Shown here: positions 26,622 to 40,140 of the stretch, in pieces
Numbering within the stretch: the first letter of the stretch is position 1
How the letters are laid out: each line of letters opens with the position of its first letter
Source: Tubulanus polymorphus
Taxonomy: Eukaryota > Animalia > Nemertea
Assembly (NCBI RefSeq): GCF_964204645.1
Contig: NC_134026.1
Span: 20,742,150-20,806,149 of the forward strand
Direction of reading: 5' to 3'
Length of the DNA stretch: 64,000 nucleotides
Notes under the pieces: generated by a model
The model's input: only the letters and a program-made list of their open reading frames with translations
Database searches by the model: none
What the model was told of the DNA's origin: nothing
Translations under genes and position numbers: made by a program

Positions 26622-29600
26622 TCAGGACTGATTCGGCAAAAGTATTTCTATGATTTGTAAACCGACGCCACTCAGCGCAACATTGATTACGCTATCGTTT
26701 TTCCTCCATACATCCATAGCAGAGATATCAGCTACATCCACAAATCTACAGCACACAAACTTAGGCTGTAAATGTAATTGATGTATACATTATTTGAGAA
26801 CTGTTGAACTGAAATGAATTCTGTTTTGACACCATGACATGCAGGGTCAGTTAACAACCATTGGTTAAGTTCAACTAGACGTTCATTTTCAATGCTTTTT
26901 TCGACTAATATACTTCTTTGTTTTCATTGTTCAGTATTATCTTTATTGTAGTGCATGCAAGGGGGCAATGTTTCGTTTTTTTTTTCCTGGCTTCACATCT
27001 TTGCTTACTGATACTTAGATATTTGAATCCGAGTACAAATATACGTTATCCATATCTCATTTTATTTTTAACTGTTGAGTCAGATTTTTTTGCAGAAACT
27101 GTGGAACCAGTCCTGGTTGCTGTTATTATTAAGCTTATGGAAGCCACACGAATTATCGTATAGTTGAATGCGGGGACTGCATTCCACTGCCATTCATCAT
27201 TCTATGATATCGGAGTAAGAAGCTATAGCTTTACGAAGGGAATATCTTTGCAACCTTCAAGTTTTTGGGACATGATGAATAAACACCCATGTAGTTAATA
27301 CATACTTTTTCTAGATGGTGTCCAGGCATTTTCCAAATGATCAGTCGTTGGTCGATCGACGTTGTGATGATGTAATCATCGATTATTTTCAAACCTGCAA
27401 TAAGTTAAAAGAACCTTTAGAGAGTCTTATGTTATGAGCACATAGTGAAACCCCGTTTGTGGGCAAAAGTGAAATTCTCGTAATAAACGGGTTTCATATT
27501 ATCCAAATCTTGATTGATATGAATATCTAAGCTACAACATGCTGGAAATCATCGTAATGAACGGGTTTTGTCTATAACAGAACCGTATTAACGAGGTTCA
27601 ACTGCATAATCAAAGGAAACCCTGAATTCTTGCTCAGATTTTCATTAGATTGATGTGGGGTCTTTTTGATGGTTGTTTAGCTTACATACCTGTTATTTGC
27701 GCAGCATGGGCTGAAGGTTCAATTGTTTGCCAATCAGTCCTGATTGACAGCAATGCCTTGGAGGTACCGGTACTAACAGTTAAATGTGTTACAACCAATG
27801 CATTGTCATCCCCTCCAGACACCAAAATCATCTCGCTCTCTGAAACAATGCTAAGATTTTCAACTATGCAAGGAAGAATGTACATTACTTAAGGCCAGAT
27901 GTTGATACATTTCATTTACAAAGTAAGTACAGTAGATTCCTCTATACTTGGTACCAATGAACTCAGAAAACCACTCTTTACTCAGTAAATTTTACTAATA
28001 TGTGTTTGGAAAATCCTTCTATTTCTGATTCTCAACTCAGCATCCAGTCTAGTCAGTGAAATATTTATAGTTCCAGTGCTACCAAGTAAGGCTGACTTAA
28101 CTGTATTTGTTACTCAAACGACTCAGGCTCCCGTTTCGAGAAGCAAGATTTTGATCAAATTTCATTGAAAACATGATGTTAGAACAATATACAGTAAAAT
28201 GCTCAAATATCTGTTTCATTTACCTGATAATTGTTTAATATCGAGTGAATTAACGCCGGATTGATGCGTTTTTACCGATCCGACGAAACATCGATTATCT
28301 AAATCATGAATTTGCGGTTGCTGATCCTGACGATATATCGGTGTCGGTGTCAGTTGATTGTTGTCGCCCGCTCTGATGACGATTCTATCTAAATTATCAC
28401 TAGCGGAAGACGAATGCCAATCGTTTCCAATATTGTCCATAATTGACATCACGTTCCAGAAAGCCACTCGTCCGTCCGTCGCCGCAGATACCAACAGCGC
28501 GTATTGTTGATCGGCGATTTTGACCGTGTAGTGCATCATACACAACACGCAATGTTCGTGGAATGGAGATACGCCGATTTGAACGAGCTTTTTAGCGATT
28601 TCGTTGAATACAAATATCCTACAAAATATAAAATAGTTCATCTTGACACAAACGTAAACAGCATATATATGAGACCGATATGATGGAAACAAAGATGAAC
28701 ACAAAGGCCATTACGGCCCGAGTCCCTCACATCGCTAACCATTCATTTCATTCATTTCAAGCAATTAGGGCCACGGAAATCAGGTTTGATGTCAACCGAA
28801 ACATCAGCCGTTTATCATGTCCACGTGTTATCTTACCTTTATTCGGTACTGACCCTGGCTACTAAACAACACTTTTAAACCGCTATGACTATCAACAGCA
28901 AACACTGGAGGTTTCACAGTAAGCTTATCAAAGCACATGCCTTATTGAGGTGCAAGACAGGCCTGGGGCTAGTTGCACAGTCGTGGCTTAGGTCCAAAAG
29001 TGGTCTTAAATCTTAAGACCGGTCTTAAGTTGTTAGATTGGCTATAGGACTAAGTTGGTCTTAGACTAGTCTTAAGTCTAAGCCATGAATGTGCAACTGA
29101 CCCAGGTGTTGGATTTTTGATGCGAGGGCATCAGGCCGTCATGGACAAGTGAAAGCAATGCGCCATTTCTATTGGGCATCATATAACCTTATCTACATAG
29201 AACATAACTTACCTGACTAGCCCATCAGAACAGGCTGCTCCGACAAGATATTCACTACGCGGACGGTCCGCGTTTATTTCCGCCGCTGAAAGTATTGTCA
29301 TAGCGACGTAACGAGTTTCGGGACTAGAATCATATTCATTCGTTTTCCATGGTTTACGTCTTTTCAACCCCTTATAGCACAGCATATGTGACGTGAGATG
29401 TTGACAAACAAACCGCGGCCGTCCGTTGTCGCCGCGAGAATCGTCGTTATCGAATCGAAGTCGCCAGCATTTCATCTGAGCGCGACCGCCTCCGGTAAAT
29501 ATCAACACCGCGTTTGAGTCTTCGACGAGCTTCGATCGCAGTATCGAAATAGCCTTTACGCTAGATATATGGCCTTGGAGTCCGGATATTACTGACAGAG

Positions 29601-32600
29601 CTTCGTTTGAAGCAGACGATATCGATATCAGGTTAACGCTCGTTCCTTCACCGGATGTGACGAATATGTCGGTACTATCGTTTAAACTGTGTATGAACTT
29701 GATGTTCGTCAGTTCCCGGCCGTGTAACGCAGGCTGAAATTAGAAAACTGTATTAACGATGAACATAGCGTTATGTTGGTCTCAATGTTAAATATGATAG
29801 ATATAAAAGCAAGCACAAGTCTATTTGCAACGTTATTGGTTGCAACTTGTCACAAGAACAGCGTAAGTCAGTTGCGACTGGGAGAGAAGGCCGCATCGCT
29901 TCACAGATGTGTGACTGGCGCCACTGGTAGTCGAAAGAATTTGTAGGTAGATGGGTATTTTCAAGGCCACCAGCTCCCGCTTTAACATTGGGATACAAAA
30001 ACAATACATGATATAAAGCTTTAATCGACTGAAGACCCATCATTAATACGGGTTATAGGCCTAATGTTCGTTACCGGAAGTAGGTGACCGTTTTCGCGTC
30101 AACCAACTACATTTCAATGAAAATCTGTCGGTTCAAGTTTCGAGTCAGCATTTTTTCAAAAACTATACACGCACTCACCTTTTCCAAGATTTCCCAATTT
30201 TTTGAGAAAATGCTTACTGGAAACTTGAACCGACGGATTTTCATTGAAATGTACCGGTAGTTGGCTGACGCGAAAACTGATACCTACTTCCGGTAACGAA
30301 CGTTAGGCCTATAACCCGTATTGATGAGCCACTTGATTTATCGAATCGATAATAGATTGAATTACCGAGTGATTGATTAAGTACCTGAGATTGAGAAATG
30401 AATTTGGTTTAGATTGATTGATTATGTATTTGATTGCAAAATACTTGATAGGGAAATAAATTGATCAGCTAATTGAATGAGTAAGTATTTGATTGATGGA
30501 GAGAGTAAATTGATTGATCCAATTATCAATTGATGGATTATGATTCATTCACGCTCAGTGGTGATTTGTCTCGTACATACCACAATGACTTTGTGAGTTC
30601 TATCAATTTTCTGTTGCGAGTAAACGACCTCTCCTGTTTTTACATAAACAAATATGCCTCGATCTTCAGCCAAATGAAAATCCCACGTTCGGTGTCCACC
30701 ACCGCAGTTGATTTCGACCAATCGTTGATTGCTGTTCAAACTCCATACAACAAAATTTGACTGTAACACAATAATATTTGATTAAAACACAATACTGATT
30801 TTAGATGCAACAAGCCATAGGCAACAACGGTTTACAAGCTCAGGCATGAACTCTGAAATTATCATGCATCAGTTCCCATTGCATTTTGGACATGTTGTAT
30901 CTAGGGGCAATAGCTAAATCTTATCAAGACAATTATTTGAATTTTGACTTGTTAAGTACTGGTAGATGAAAGACAGACAAACACACAGACAGACAGTATG
31001 AAACTAAGGGTTTCTTGCAAGCCAGAGAATCAAAAATTTTAGAATGGAAGTTAAGGTCATAGGCATCATTGCATAAATGCCGTGCAAGCTAAAATGCTAT
31101 TGTGTTATCTATGTGTGGAATTAGATCACATACCGTATGAAAGCCTAAGATGATAGAATCATCGCTTGTAAATAGTATTTTGTCAATCCAATCGAATCCT
31201 TTATGAACCTGAAAATTCACGAAGAGAAATGTCTTGAAGGTACACAATGGGTAGGTGGATGAGAAAAGATATCTATGCCCGAACACAAACCTTGTTCGAA
31301 CTGAGGAGATTCAATTTTTGCTCGATGATTTCATACTTTCTGTAACAACCATCTCGACCGGTGCTGTATACGTAACCTTCGTGGTAACATAAACTGGTGA
31401 CACCAGCTTTACCGTGTAGGCGATGAAAACTTTGAATCGGATCCTTGAACAAAAGGAGAGTTCATCAACATGAGACGTGACAGGCATTTTACATTATTGT
31501 ACTGCTGAACATATGAATTGATGAAATTCCCTATAGATTTGCATTATACCCCATATATCTCCCGGACACAATGGAATTTCATATAAGGTATGATTGATCT
31601 GACTGAATAATGATATTTGATTCTAAGGTAGCGGTAAAAATTCTTGATTTTTTTTTTGTACCTGGAACTCAAATTTGCAATGGATAAATTGATCATCGAA
31701 TACTATGATTTTTGAGCAAGTTACCCTTCAACCAATGTTCACCTTATTATTAGTAGAATCGGACAATTGGTAGACGTGTATTGTACCGTTTCTATCACCA
31801 CAAATCAGCAGATCACAGTCTGGTAACAATGTGCTAGCTGAAACCCAGGGCTGTTTCGCATGGGGTAGTTTGAAATCAGCTATCTGCACGGTCTCTAGAG
31901 AATTACCATCTGTGTTTAAAACAACAGAAATTACAACCTGTAAGTAGTACATTAACAAGAGTAAGTCAGATATACTTTTCCATGTTGATGAATGTAAAAT
32001 AAACTGAAAATGTATGATTCATGAAAAAAATGTGGCAGAATGTCCCAGATGCAACAAAAAATAGGATGATTAGATCTTATTCACCAAATGTCCATAAGGA
32101 CCAGTAAGTAACATGTTTTCAGCATCACACCAACACAGTCCAAAGGTCTTTCCGTTGAATACATTTTCTTCTTGCATGCAAAGCTTTCCTTCGGGATCTG
32201 CAAATGAATAGAAAAACTTAATAAACATTTTACACGTGATCGATCATTAAAATCGTTCAAGCAATAAGCAGACCTTTGAAAATGAATTTGATTTGTCCAG
32301 TTAGGTTTGCGATGACGATGTACTGCTCAGTTGGTGATTTCGAAAGTATACTGTACGATCGGTAAGCTCCATCAGTAAACAGCAATTCAGACGCATTATA
32401 ATCTGCTATTTGAGAACTGCTGTCACTTCGGTAAAGACATCCGTTGTTAGTCATCACCAACAGCGTGTCGTCATCCCAGAAACAAACACTTCTCGGAAAA
32501 TCATCAACCTACGTGTACATCAAAATAAAATTGAAATGGTGAATAGATTACATACATCTATCACGTACCCAGCATGTTACAATAACATGTGTAAACATCT

Positions 32601-35600
32601 GATCTACTGCAGAGTCCCTACAGATCAGTCATTCCTGGGTACAAGGAATTTTCCAGGAAAAAATTTCAAATTTCGCAGAAGATTTCTGCATCACTTTCAT
32701 ATCCCTATTACTTTAACCCTTTTACAAGTATTTTCCATTTCAAAGGAGTTTTTAAGATAACATAAATTTGAAAGGACCCTGTTTTTTGTATCGAACTGGT
32801 TTCCATTACCAACTAAATTTCCAAAGAATGCAAAAGAAGTTATTTTCCTGTCTTAATACCTGTTTTTCATTGATTGTAGGAATATAATTGATGACCGATG
32901 AATGATGTTCTATATTCAGCGGCGATGAGTTGCATAAATTCCACAGTCGAAGACTACTATCGCCTCCACCGGTTGCCTAGAAATAAAAAATCCCTAAATT
33001 ACTAATATACAGTACCACACTTGACGGTTAAATCAACTCTATTTTGTTAAACTCTTGGATAATGAAGTAATTTCGACTATATGGGAATTAATAGGTCCTA
33101 ATAAATATTCACAAAGCAGTAAAAAAGCACATTCTTCATATTTCATAAATATCATATTCCATTTTCATAGATGTGATTTACTTACAATGTAATTCTCATC
33201 TTCGCTTACGGCTAGACTCCATATGCTTTTACCTTGATGACCTTTGAATTTGCGCAATACATTGCCAGCATAGTCCCAAACACAGCAAGTTGCATCCTGA
33301 GAACAATGAAATAGAAATTATGAGTAAATAACAAGAAAAAGCCTCTATATAGAGGACCTCATATTACTTTGATCACTAATCTGCATGAGATCCAATGGAT
33401 GCTAGTGACTATACATACTACTAAAATCACACAGAATTAATCTAGATTTTGATCTGAACGGTACATACTGTCACCTATATGTGAATGTGCTGGTAAATTA
33501 TGATTCTCAATCCAGAGTTTTCATGGACCAGATCTAATTTTGTTAAAAATGATCCCAATCATACGGAAGCGATAAAGGGCCTCGAGTTGTCATGTTCAAA
33601 CTCGACAACTCGCAATATTTATGTCGATATATCGCGTCAAGTCGACATGGATATGTCGACATATCATGACATTTTCACGACAAATTTCGCTTTTTTGCCC
33701 ATTTTTCACAGGACAAGCCGTCATTTGAAGACATGTCTAAATGTAAGATGAGGACACCAGTGATATGACGACTGAGTTTCAAGTCGTCATGAATATGTCG
33801 ACTTGTCTCGAGGAAAGTGGTCGAGAAAACGAAATATGTCGTCAAAACGTCACGATTTATTGACATATTCGTGTCAACTAAAAGCGATATATCGCGGTAT
33901 GTCGACATTAATATGGCGACTTGTCAAGTTGGAACACGATATCTCAAGGCCCTTTATTGCTTCCATACAATCAAAATAGTCTCCCTCAGTATATTAATAC
34001 ATATCCAGGATGCGTTTTAAAATCTTGAATCGCCACAACCGGTATCAAAATTAAGCAAAAATGAAATACAAACCTCTCCGATGCTAACAAAACATAATGC
34101 CAGAAGTTTCACATCCCAAACCCGCGCTGTGTGACCAAACAATGTATGCAGTAACGTAAACTGTGATTGCTCCCAACTTTCACCTTGCAGCTGCCACAAA
34201 CAAATACCTCTATCGTCGGATACTGAGGCCAGTAAGTTTTTTTCTTCATGATAACAAATCGAAAATATCACTCCCTGAATATGAAGTTCATGTACGAGTC
34301 ATTATGATTATGATTTCTCTTAACATACTGTGACTTACTCGAAACATAGCCACAAACCAGGCCCGACAGTTCAGAATTGAGAGAAATTATTAAGTTCAAT
34401 GATTAAAAATTGCTGATATCAACTGCAACTCACAACTGTGGAACTAGGACCAGACAGAAGTCCATCCGGTGGAAAAAGAGAATAAGTTTTACTGTCTACT
34501 GAAAGGCATATGGCAGTGAAGGTCTGCAGTGCAACCTCTGCCAAAACCAAAGTACTATACTTTATTTTACACAACTTAAAGCTCTTTAAAGCTTTAATCA
34601 AAATCTTACTTTATGGCTAGTCAGTCTTGCAAATGGTTTCACTTCACCATCGCCCTCGGTTTTTGGTTTCCACAGTACAATCTGATTGAACACTGTCCCG
34701 GCAGCTAGAACAAGATTTGCCCATTCATCACCTATGAACTTTGCACAATATCTACATGCATTTGAAGAATTAAGGTCTATCAACAATTCATAAGTGATTA
34801 TAATAAGAATCAATCATTTCGAATACCAGCACTCATCATTTTGGTTCGAACACTTCTACAAGTGGAAATGAATGCATACCTTGTTTCAACTATGAAGATA
34901 TAAAATTCATTCATTTTAATTCAGCGGGGGTAGTTGATATTTGATGAACAAATGCTCATCGCAGCAAATATTAAAGTCTACATAGGCCTAGTCAAACTTT
35001 CCATCATTAGATCAAATCTCCAGACATTTTTACTATAACAATTTTCATTCCCAAAGAATGAATTCCTTTTGGTTCCGAATAATTTGCATTAGTGCACTTC
35101 GAAGGTTCTCTTAATATACATATCATCTTTTACAACATGGAATCAATTCTTCACAAAACTCAAGGATACAAAATACAAGTTTCTTCACATTGCACTTCGG
35201 CATTAATCACACCTGTGTTCCAGCACCAGAGCAAAACTCTGTTATGACTCAAAGCGACCGCAATTTCTTCATCTCCCTTAAAAGCAATAAGAATTTGAAA
35301 GGTTTTAGCTAACATTCAAGCTTTGGCCACTCATTGCATTATAAGTATGGTAGGTTCTCAGTTTCATTTTCCCAATTAAGGAGTGAGGGCAAATAGGAAC
35401 CATCAATCAAGATACTCGTTGCCGCCAAGGATACCATGAATTTCTTTGCCTATACCGTTCAAAGGATGATCCCTTGTAGCCTTTTAAGAAATATTCTAAA
35501 GGTACACTTACTTTGAGCCAGCAAACATCATGTATCCAGTCGGAAAATGATTTCAGCGCACATAATGGAATTATCCCAACGCCACTCAAACGTACAATAC

Positions 35601-36205
35601 GACTTGCTTTCTGACCATAGACACAAACAGCATCTTTGCCTGTGTAGATGAGATATTGAAAAATGGATATTAGATCTCGCATCACCTGGTGTATGAAATT
35701 AAGAGGTAGCCTAATACTAACATCAAAACAGAATAAATTTTATCCTTATACGACAATACCGAGTAAGATGGTGTCTTACGTCACAGAATAGATCAGAATT
35801 TCAATCATCTAAATATCAACATTTTATATTTTCTCGATACCTTTTTTTAAACCATGTACATTGCGTCCAGGCAAGGCTTTGAAACATGCAATTTTTGAAT
35901 AGTTTCGGCAATCAAACAGTTGAACATTTGGTCCACAGCCTATGTAGAAAAGCATATTCCTTGAAATTGAAGAAGCAATTTAATTCATTTTTTGATATCC
36001 TTGGGCTTGACATGTTCAAGCGAACTTTGTTGAGCAGAGGGTTGGTTTTTGGTTAAAAAAAACTACAAAAATGTTAAACTTTCAATCACAACACGCTCAA
36101 AAACAACTTGCTATAGTACTCACCGACCAAAATATAGCTATCAACAAATTCTAGAGCAGTAATAGGTCCAATAATCGGCTTTACGTTGATTGCTATTGTA
36201 TCCAT
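26622..36205 (-). CDS. WDR6: WD repeat-containing protein 6 (Trm734/Rtt10 homolog; partner of tRNA 2'-O-methyltransferase FTSJ1)
   Basis: Multi-exon WD40 gene. First exon 36205-36124 (MDTIAINVKPIIGPITALEF); last exon 26765-26622 (FVDVADISAMD...GVGLQII...TGA). Family motifs: LAAGTVFNQIVLW, SVSDDRGICLW, LFGHTARVW, SIGEDATCCVW, LICGDRNGTIHVY, CGGGHRTWDF, LHGRELT, GGGRAQMKCW, GAACSDG, SAATDGRVAFW, HQSGVNSL, SGGDDNAL, AHAAQITG, TSIDQRL. Confidence 0.92.
28965..29103. mobile_element. GG(G)CCAGTT-terminal MITE (family also at ~2122, 9641, 9937, 13746, 57930, 62310)
   Basis: GGGGCTAGTTGCACAGTCGTGGCTTAG...CTAAGCCATGAATGTGCAACTGACCC; the interior matches the satellite monomer at 45 kb. Confidence 0.7.
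30041..30326. mobile_element. Foldback-type palindromic MITE in a WDR6 intron
   Basis: Arms of about 120 bp: AATACGGGTTATAGGCCTAATGTTCGTTACCGGAAGTAGGT... and ...ACCTACTTCCGGTAACGAACGTTAGGCCTATAACCCGTATT. Confidence 0.8.
33573..33956. mobile_element. Long-TIR MITE in a WDR6 intron
   Basis: TAAAGGGCCTCGAG... / ...CTCAAGGCCCTTTA, with extended imperfect arms rich in GTCGAC. Confidence 0.7.
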
Positions 36206-36306
36206 TCGAAAAATTTACTGGGATTCATCAATGAAAATCTGTGAATGTACAGCGGCATAGGCGTAGAACAAAGTTCTTTACCTCCGACTATAATTATTTG
36301 ATTGAT

Positions 36307-38209
36307 GTCTGTCTGCAGAGTTTCCAGAACCTGTCATGTCAGGTCTTAAGACCTGACATGACAGGTTCTGGTGTGACCTGTCATGTCAGGTTCCGAATAA
36401 ACCCAAACTCATGACAATATTTGACGAAACGGCGAAATATCTAGGCATGTGCTAGACGATTGGAAGAACATTTTGAGTTGAATGAATATTTTGACCCGTC
36501 GTTAATATCGAAAATGATTCAACAATTACGATAAGGAAATTGTTCTGACAAATAATTCATTTGAAAGGTTGATTTATAAGAAGAAAATATTTATGTGTAA
36601 ACTATGACTTATTTCTGTAATAAAGGGAAAAAAATAAGTTTCAGGCATAGATGAATTGATTAATGTAGAAGTAAGAGCACATTATAAGAGAATATTTTCG
36701 CTAGATGAATCGAGGTCTTGATATTTCGTTTCCGCAATAAGACACTGAAAATTATCTGCTCACTATCACAGTTCGGCAACACTCCTCACTGTCCTGAAGT
36801 CCTGAAGTGTCACTATTTATATTCATTGTCTTTATGATGAACATGTTAAAGAGCCGAATGCAATATAGAGACTGATTTTATTGAGACTGATTTTAAATCA
36901 ACTCATCAATTTAAGGCATGAAGTTTTTTTTTCTATTTATACCAGTTTTAATGCAGACCTGTCACCTCAGGTCCCGAGAAGCTCTACAAAATGGCGCGAG
37001 CTGCCGTGTGAGGTCTTACTTCATAATTATTGTTTTATAGTAACTTAAGATTAACTATATCCATGGTTAGCAATCTATAGTATATTCATTACTATAAAGA
37101 TACCATAAAAAGTGAAGTTTTTTCCATTACATCAGTTTTTATGCAGGCCTGTCACCTCAGGTCTCGAGAAGCTCTGCAAAATGGCGCGAGCTGCCGTGTG
37201 AGGTCTCGCTTCATGATTATTGTTTTATAGTAACTTAAGATTAAGTCTATCTATGGTTGGCATTTTGTATTATACTCTTTACTATAAAGAGAACATAAAA
37301 ATTAAAGTTTTCCTTCATTTCATCAGTTTTAATGCAGACCTGTCACCACAGGTCCCGAGAAGCTCTGCAAAATGGCGCGCGTTGCCGTGTGAGGTCACGC
37401 TTCAAAATTATTGTTTTATAGTAACTTAAGATTACCTATATCCATGGTTAGCAATTTATATTATATTCATTACTATAAAGATACCATAAAAAGTAAAGTT
37501 TTTTCCATTTCATCAGTTTTAAGGCAGACCTGTCACCTCAGGTCCCGAGAAGCTCTGCAAAAATGGCGTGCGTTGCCGTGTGAGGCCTCACTAATTAATC
37601 AGTGTTATGTCTAATTTATCTATGTCAACTTATAAGCTTGGACTGAAATGGTTTTAAATTGTATGTACACTTGGTTAATTAATTATGTTGCGAGTAATTA
37701 ATAATAATATATAATAATATAGGGCCTAATCTTAATGAGTATAATGATTGTTATTAATACTGATTATGATTACATAAGGCACTACTGGTATCATTGCCTG
37801 ATCTTGATATTTTTATGTTTCGTGTTACAAAAAAATAAATTAATTGTAAACAATTCGTTCAATGTTCTCCAATAATTCACAATCATTCCATCTTTATCAT
37901 TATAAGGCGATATAGTTCAACAACTTTTTATAAACGGACAAACATAAATTCTTAAATGAATTCATAACACATCATAGTTTGTTTTTTGTTTTTGAATAAT
38001 ATATTTAGAAAGCACTACGATATGTTCTTTGTGTTCTTATCGGCTATCATTTGTTCTAAATCCGCGCCTATCATATCTTCTAATCGCCTATCATCGGTTC
38101 AGTTATAACGATTTTCATTTTAGCGAATTGACCTGTCACCTCAGGTCCCACCTGTCATGTCAGGTCTTGGGCCCTGACATGACAGGTTCTGGAAACTCTG
38201 CAGACAGAC
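36307..38209. mobile_element. Non-autonomous TIR element (~1.9 kb) with an internal ~190-bp tandem repeat
   Basis: TIR of about 58 bp, GTCTGTCTGCAGAGTTTCCAGAACCTGTCATGTCAGG..., with its reverse complement ending at 38209. Four internal repeat cores (GACCTGTCACCTCAGGTCCCGAGAAGCTCTGCAAAATGGCG) at about 36957, 37147, 37338 and 37527. Confidence 0.8.
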
Positions 38210-38517
38210 CTAAATGAATTATTTTAATATGGTAGCACTAAATATCGACCAACGCCATCCAATACTGTCCAAAACCGTCTCATATACCATAGAACAAGCT
38301 TACGTCAAGTATACGCCGGCCTGGATGATGTAATAGTATATAGCTGTTTTGCCGATACGTTGCCCACAATATACTCTTCTATTCAAGAATTTTTCATCTT
38401 TGAATGAATTTTTGTGGGATTTCTCTCTCTTAACGCCTAAAGTCTTCAAGTCTGTGCCGATTCACACTGAAAAAGGAGGGCGCAATAAGCAGTCGCTGAT
38501 ATCTGGCGGTTAGTCAG

Positions 38518-38815
38518 TGGTGTGATACTACTGCTACCCCGATACCACTGTTACCAGAAGTGATACTGCTTGATCCTTCTGGAGACCGGTGATACCACTG
38601 CTACCCCTATACCACTGATACCAGTGATGCTGCCCGATCCTCTCCGAGACCGGTGATACTACTGCTACCCCGATACCACTGTTACCAGTGATACTGCCCG
38701 ATCCTCTCCGGGACCGGTGATACTGCTGCTACTCCGATACCACTGATACCAGAGATACTCCCCGAGCCTACAGAAGACCGGTGATACTACTGACACCCCG
38801 ATACCACTGATAGGT
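38518..38815. repeat. Minisatellite, ~64-bp unit x ~5
   Basis: Units begin GGTGATACTACTGCTACCCCGATACCACTG at about 38519, 38588, 38652, 38716 and 38779. Confidence 0.85.
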
Positions 38816-38939
38816 ATCAATTGAATTTGATCATGTTATTCAAACAAGCAATGAAATCCGATTGAATACAAAAATAAATTTGAATTTGGATTCATATTTA
38901 ATCCTAACAAACCAACAGCATCTCATTCTTCATTTATGA

Positions 38940-40140
38940 GGCGATCACCCATTGTTCAACTTAACAATGGAATAATGTTACACCTAAGCCTCAAAACTGC
39001 GATTCATTTTCCCTTTTCAAATCTAGAACCTGCTTTAATAAATACCACTCCAATGTTCTTAGTTCAACCATAATAAAAAACCTCAATCGAAATGAAGAGA
39101 TCTGCTTAAATCGTCTGCGTGTAGACCTCTTCCTGAGATCTGATTTCTATTCACATAATTTTGTTGATGTAAGTGTATGATCCTGACTGTCCCTACTGCA
39201 ACCAAATCCAATCGACAACACATTTCCTTCTTCAGTGTCGAGAACCTTCCCTCCATCATGACTTTTGTAACCTCCTCACTTCGCTTGATTCCCTACAACT
39301 ACTTTCGTATTTCAATAGATTAAACATGTTGAATAAATGCGAATTCCTACTTTTTGGAAATTCCATTTATAACTATGATTTAAACTCGACAGTAATCTGT
39401 CTTGTCGCTAAATTCATTTCTAGAAACCAAAGAATCTCTAACTGATGATGATAATCATCATTATCATTATTATTATTATCATTATCATTTTTACCATTTA
39501 CTATTATTTATTATTATTTTACGTTATCATTTATCATTATTATTACTTTTATTGTTACAACTCATTGCTACTATCATTACTATTAATATTATCATCCTTT
39601 AGTGTAATTATCAGTTCACGTGCATTTATTAATTTTTGATCACCGTCAAATGTCACTGTCTACATCTACATCTACATCTGTTACGTTGCAGAAATCCAAT
39701 AAGGCATCAACAGCAACGGTAGAGAGAGAGAGGGACGGAAATTTAGATGGTGGTAGCGCCGACGCGCGATTTAAAGGCGTCGACGGTTTCTGCTAAAACT
39801 TGGTGATTGTCTAGGTGGTTCCAATCGATAATTGTTCTCGGAAAGAAGGAGTTGGTCCGTTTGACAGAACTGGACCTGGAAACACTTAGAGTTGTTTGTG
39901 ACGAAACGCTCAGTACGATTGTCGGTTTCAAAGTCTTTAAGGTGGCTTGCTAGCCTGAATCTGCGCTTATTTGGCCGGATTGGCTTTAATACTGGTTGGC
40001 TGGCATAGCTGGTACTAACCTAACTGTCATTTCAATTATAATTGTAATTGCTTGTAATATCCTCTGGACCTTAGCATGTATTTATTTTGTATACCATTGA
40101 CTTGTTTAATAAAATTAATTTGTACTAAAAAAAAAAACAA
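38940..40140 (+). mobile_element. 5'-truncated CR1/L2-group LINE remnant with ATT-rich 3' UTR and poly(A)
   Basis: QWNNV...FSLFKSR, then LNRLRVD...DPDCPYCNQIQSTTHFLLQC...LLFGN (C-terminal CCHC region of CR1/L2-group ORF2, frameshifted). (ATT/ATC)n tract at 39441-39600, then AATAAA and an A-run at about 40088-40140. Confidence 0.65.
39661..40022 (-). mobile_element. Short CR1-group LINE 3' fragment nested in the opposite orientation inside the preceding LINE
   Basis: Minus ORF ending NSFFPRTIIDWNHL...TVDAFKSRV with a (GATGTA)n tail. ACTGTC occurs on both flanks (candidate TSD). Confidence 0.65.

Noticed and set aside
38518-38815. Coding Thr/Pro-rich repeat
   Set aside because: The unit is about 64 bp (not 3n), so the frame shifts and stops occur between copies.
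39402-39639. Poly-Ile/Tyr/His ORFs
   Set aside because: These are translations of an (ATT/ATC)n microsatellite in a LINE 3' UTR.
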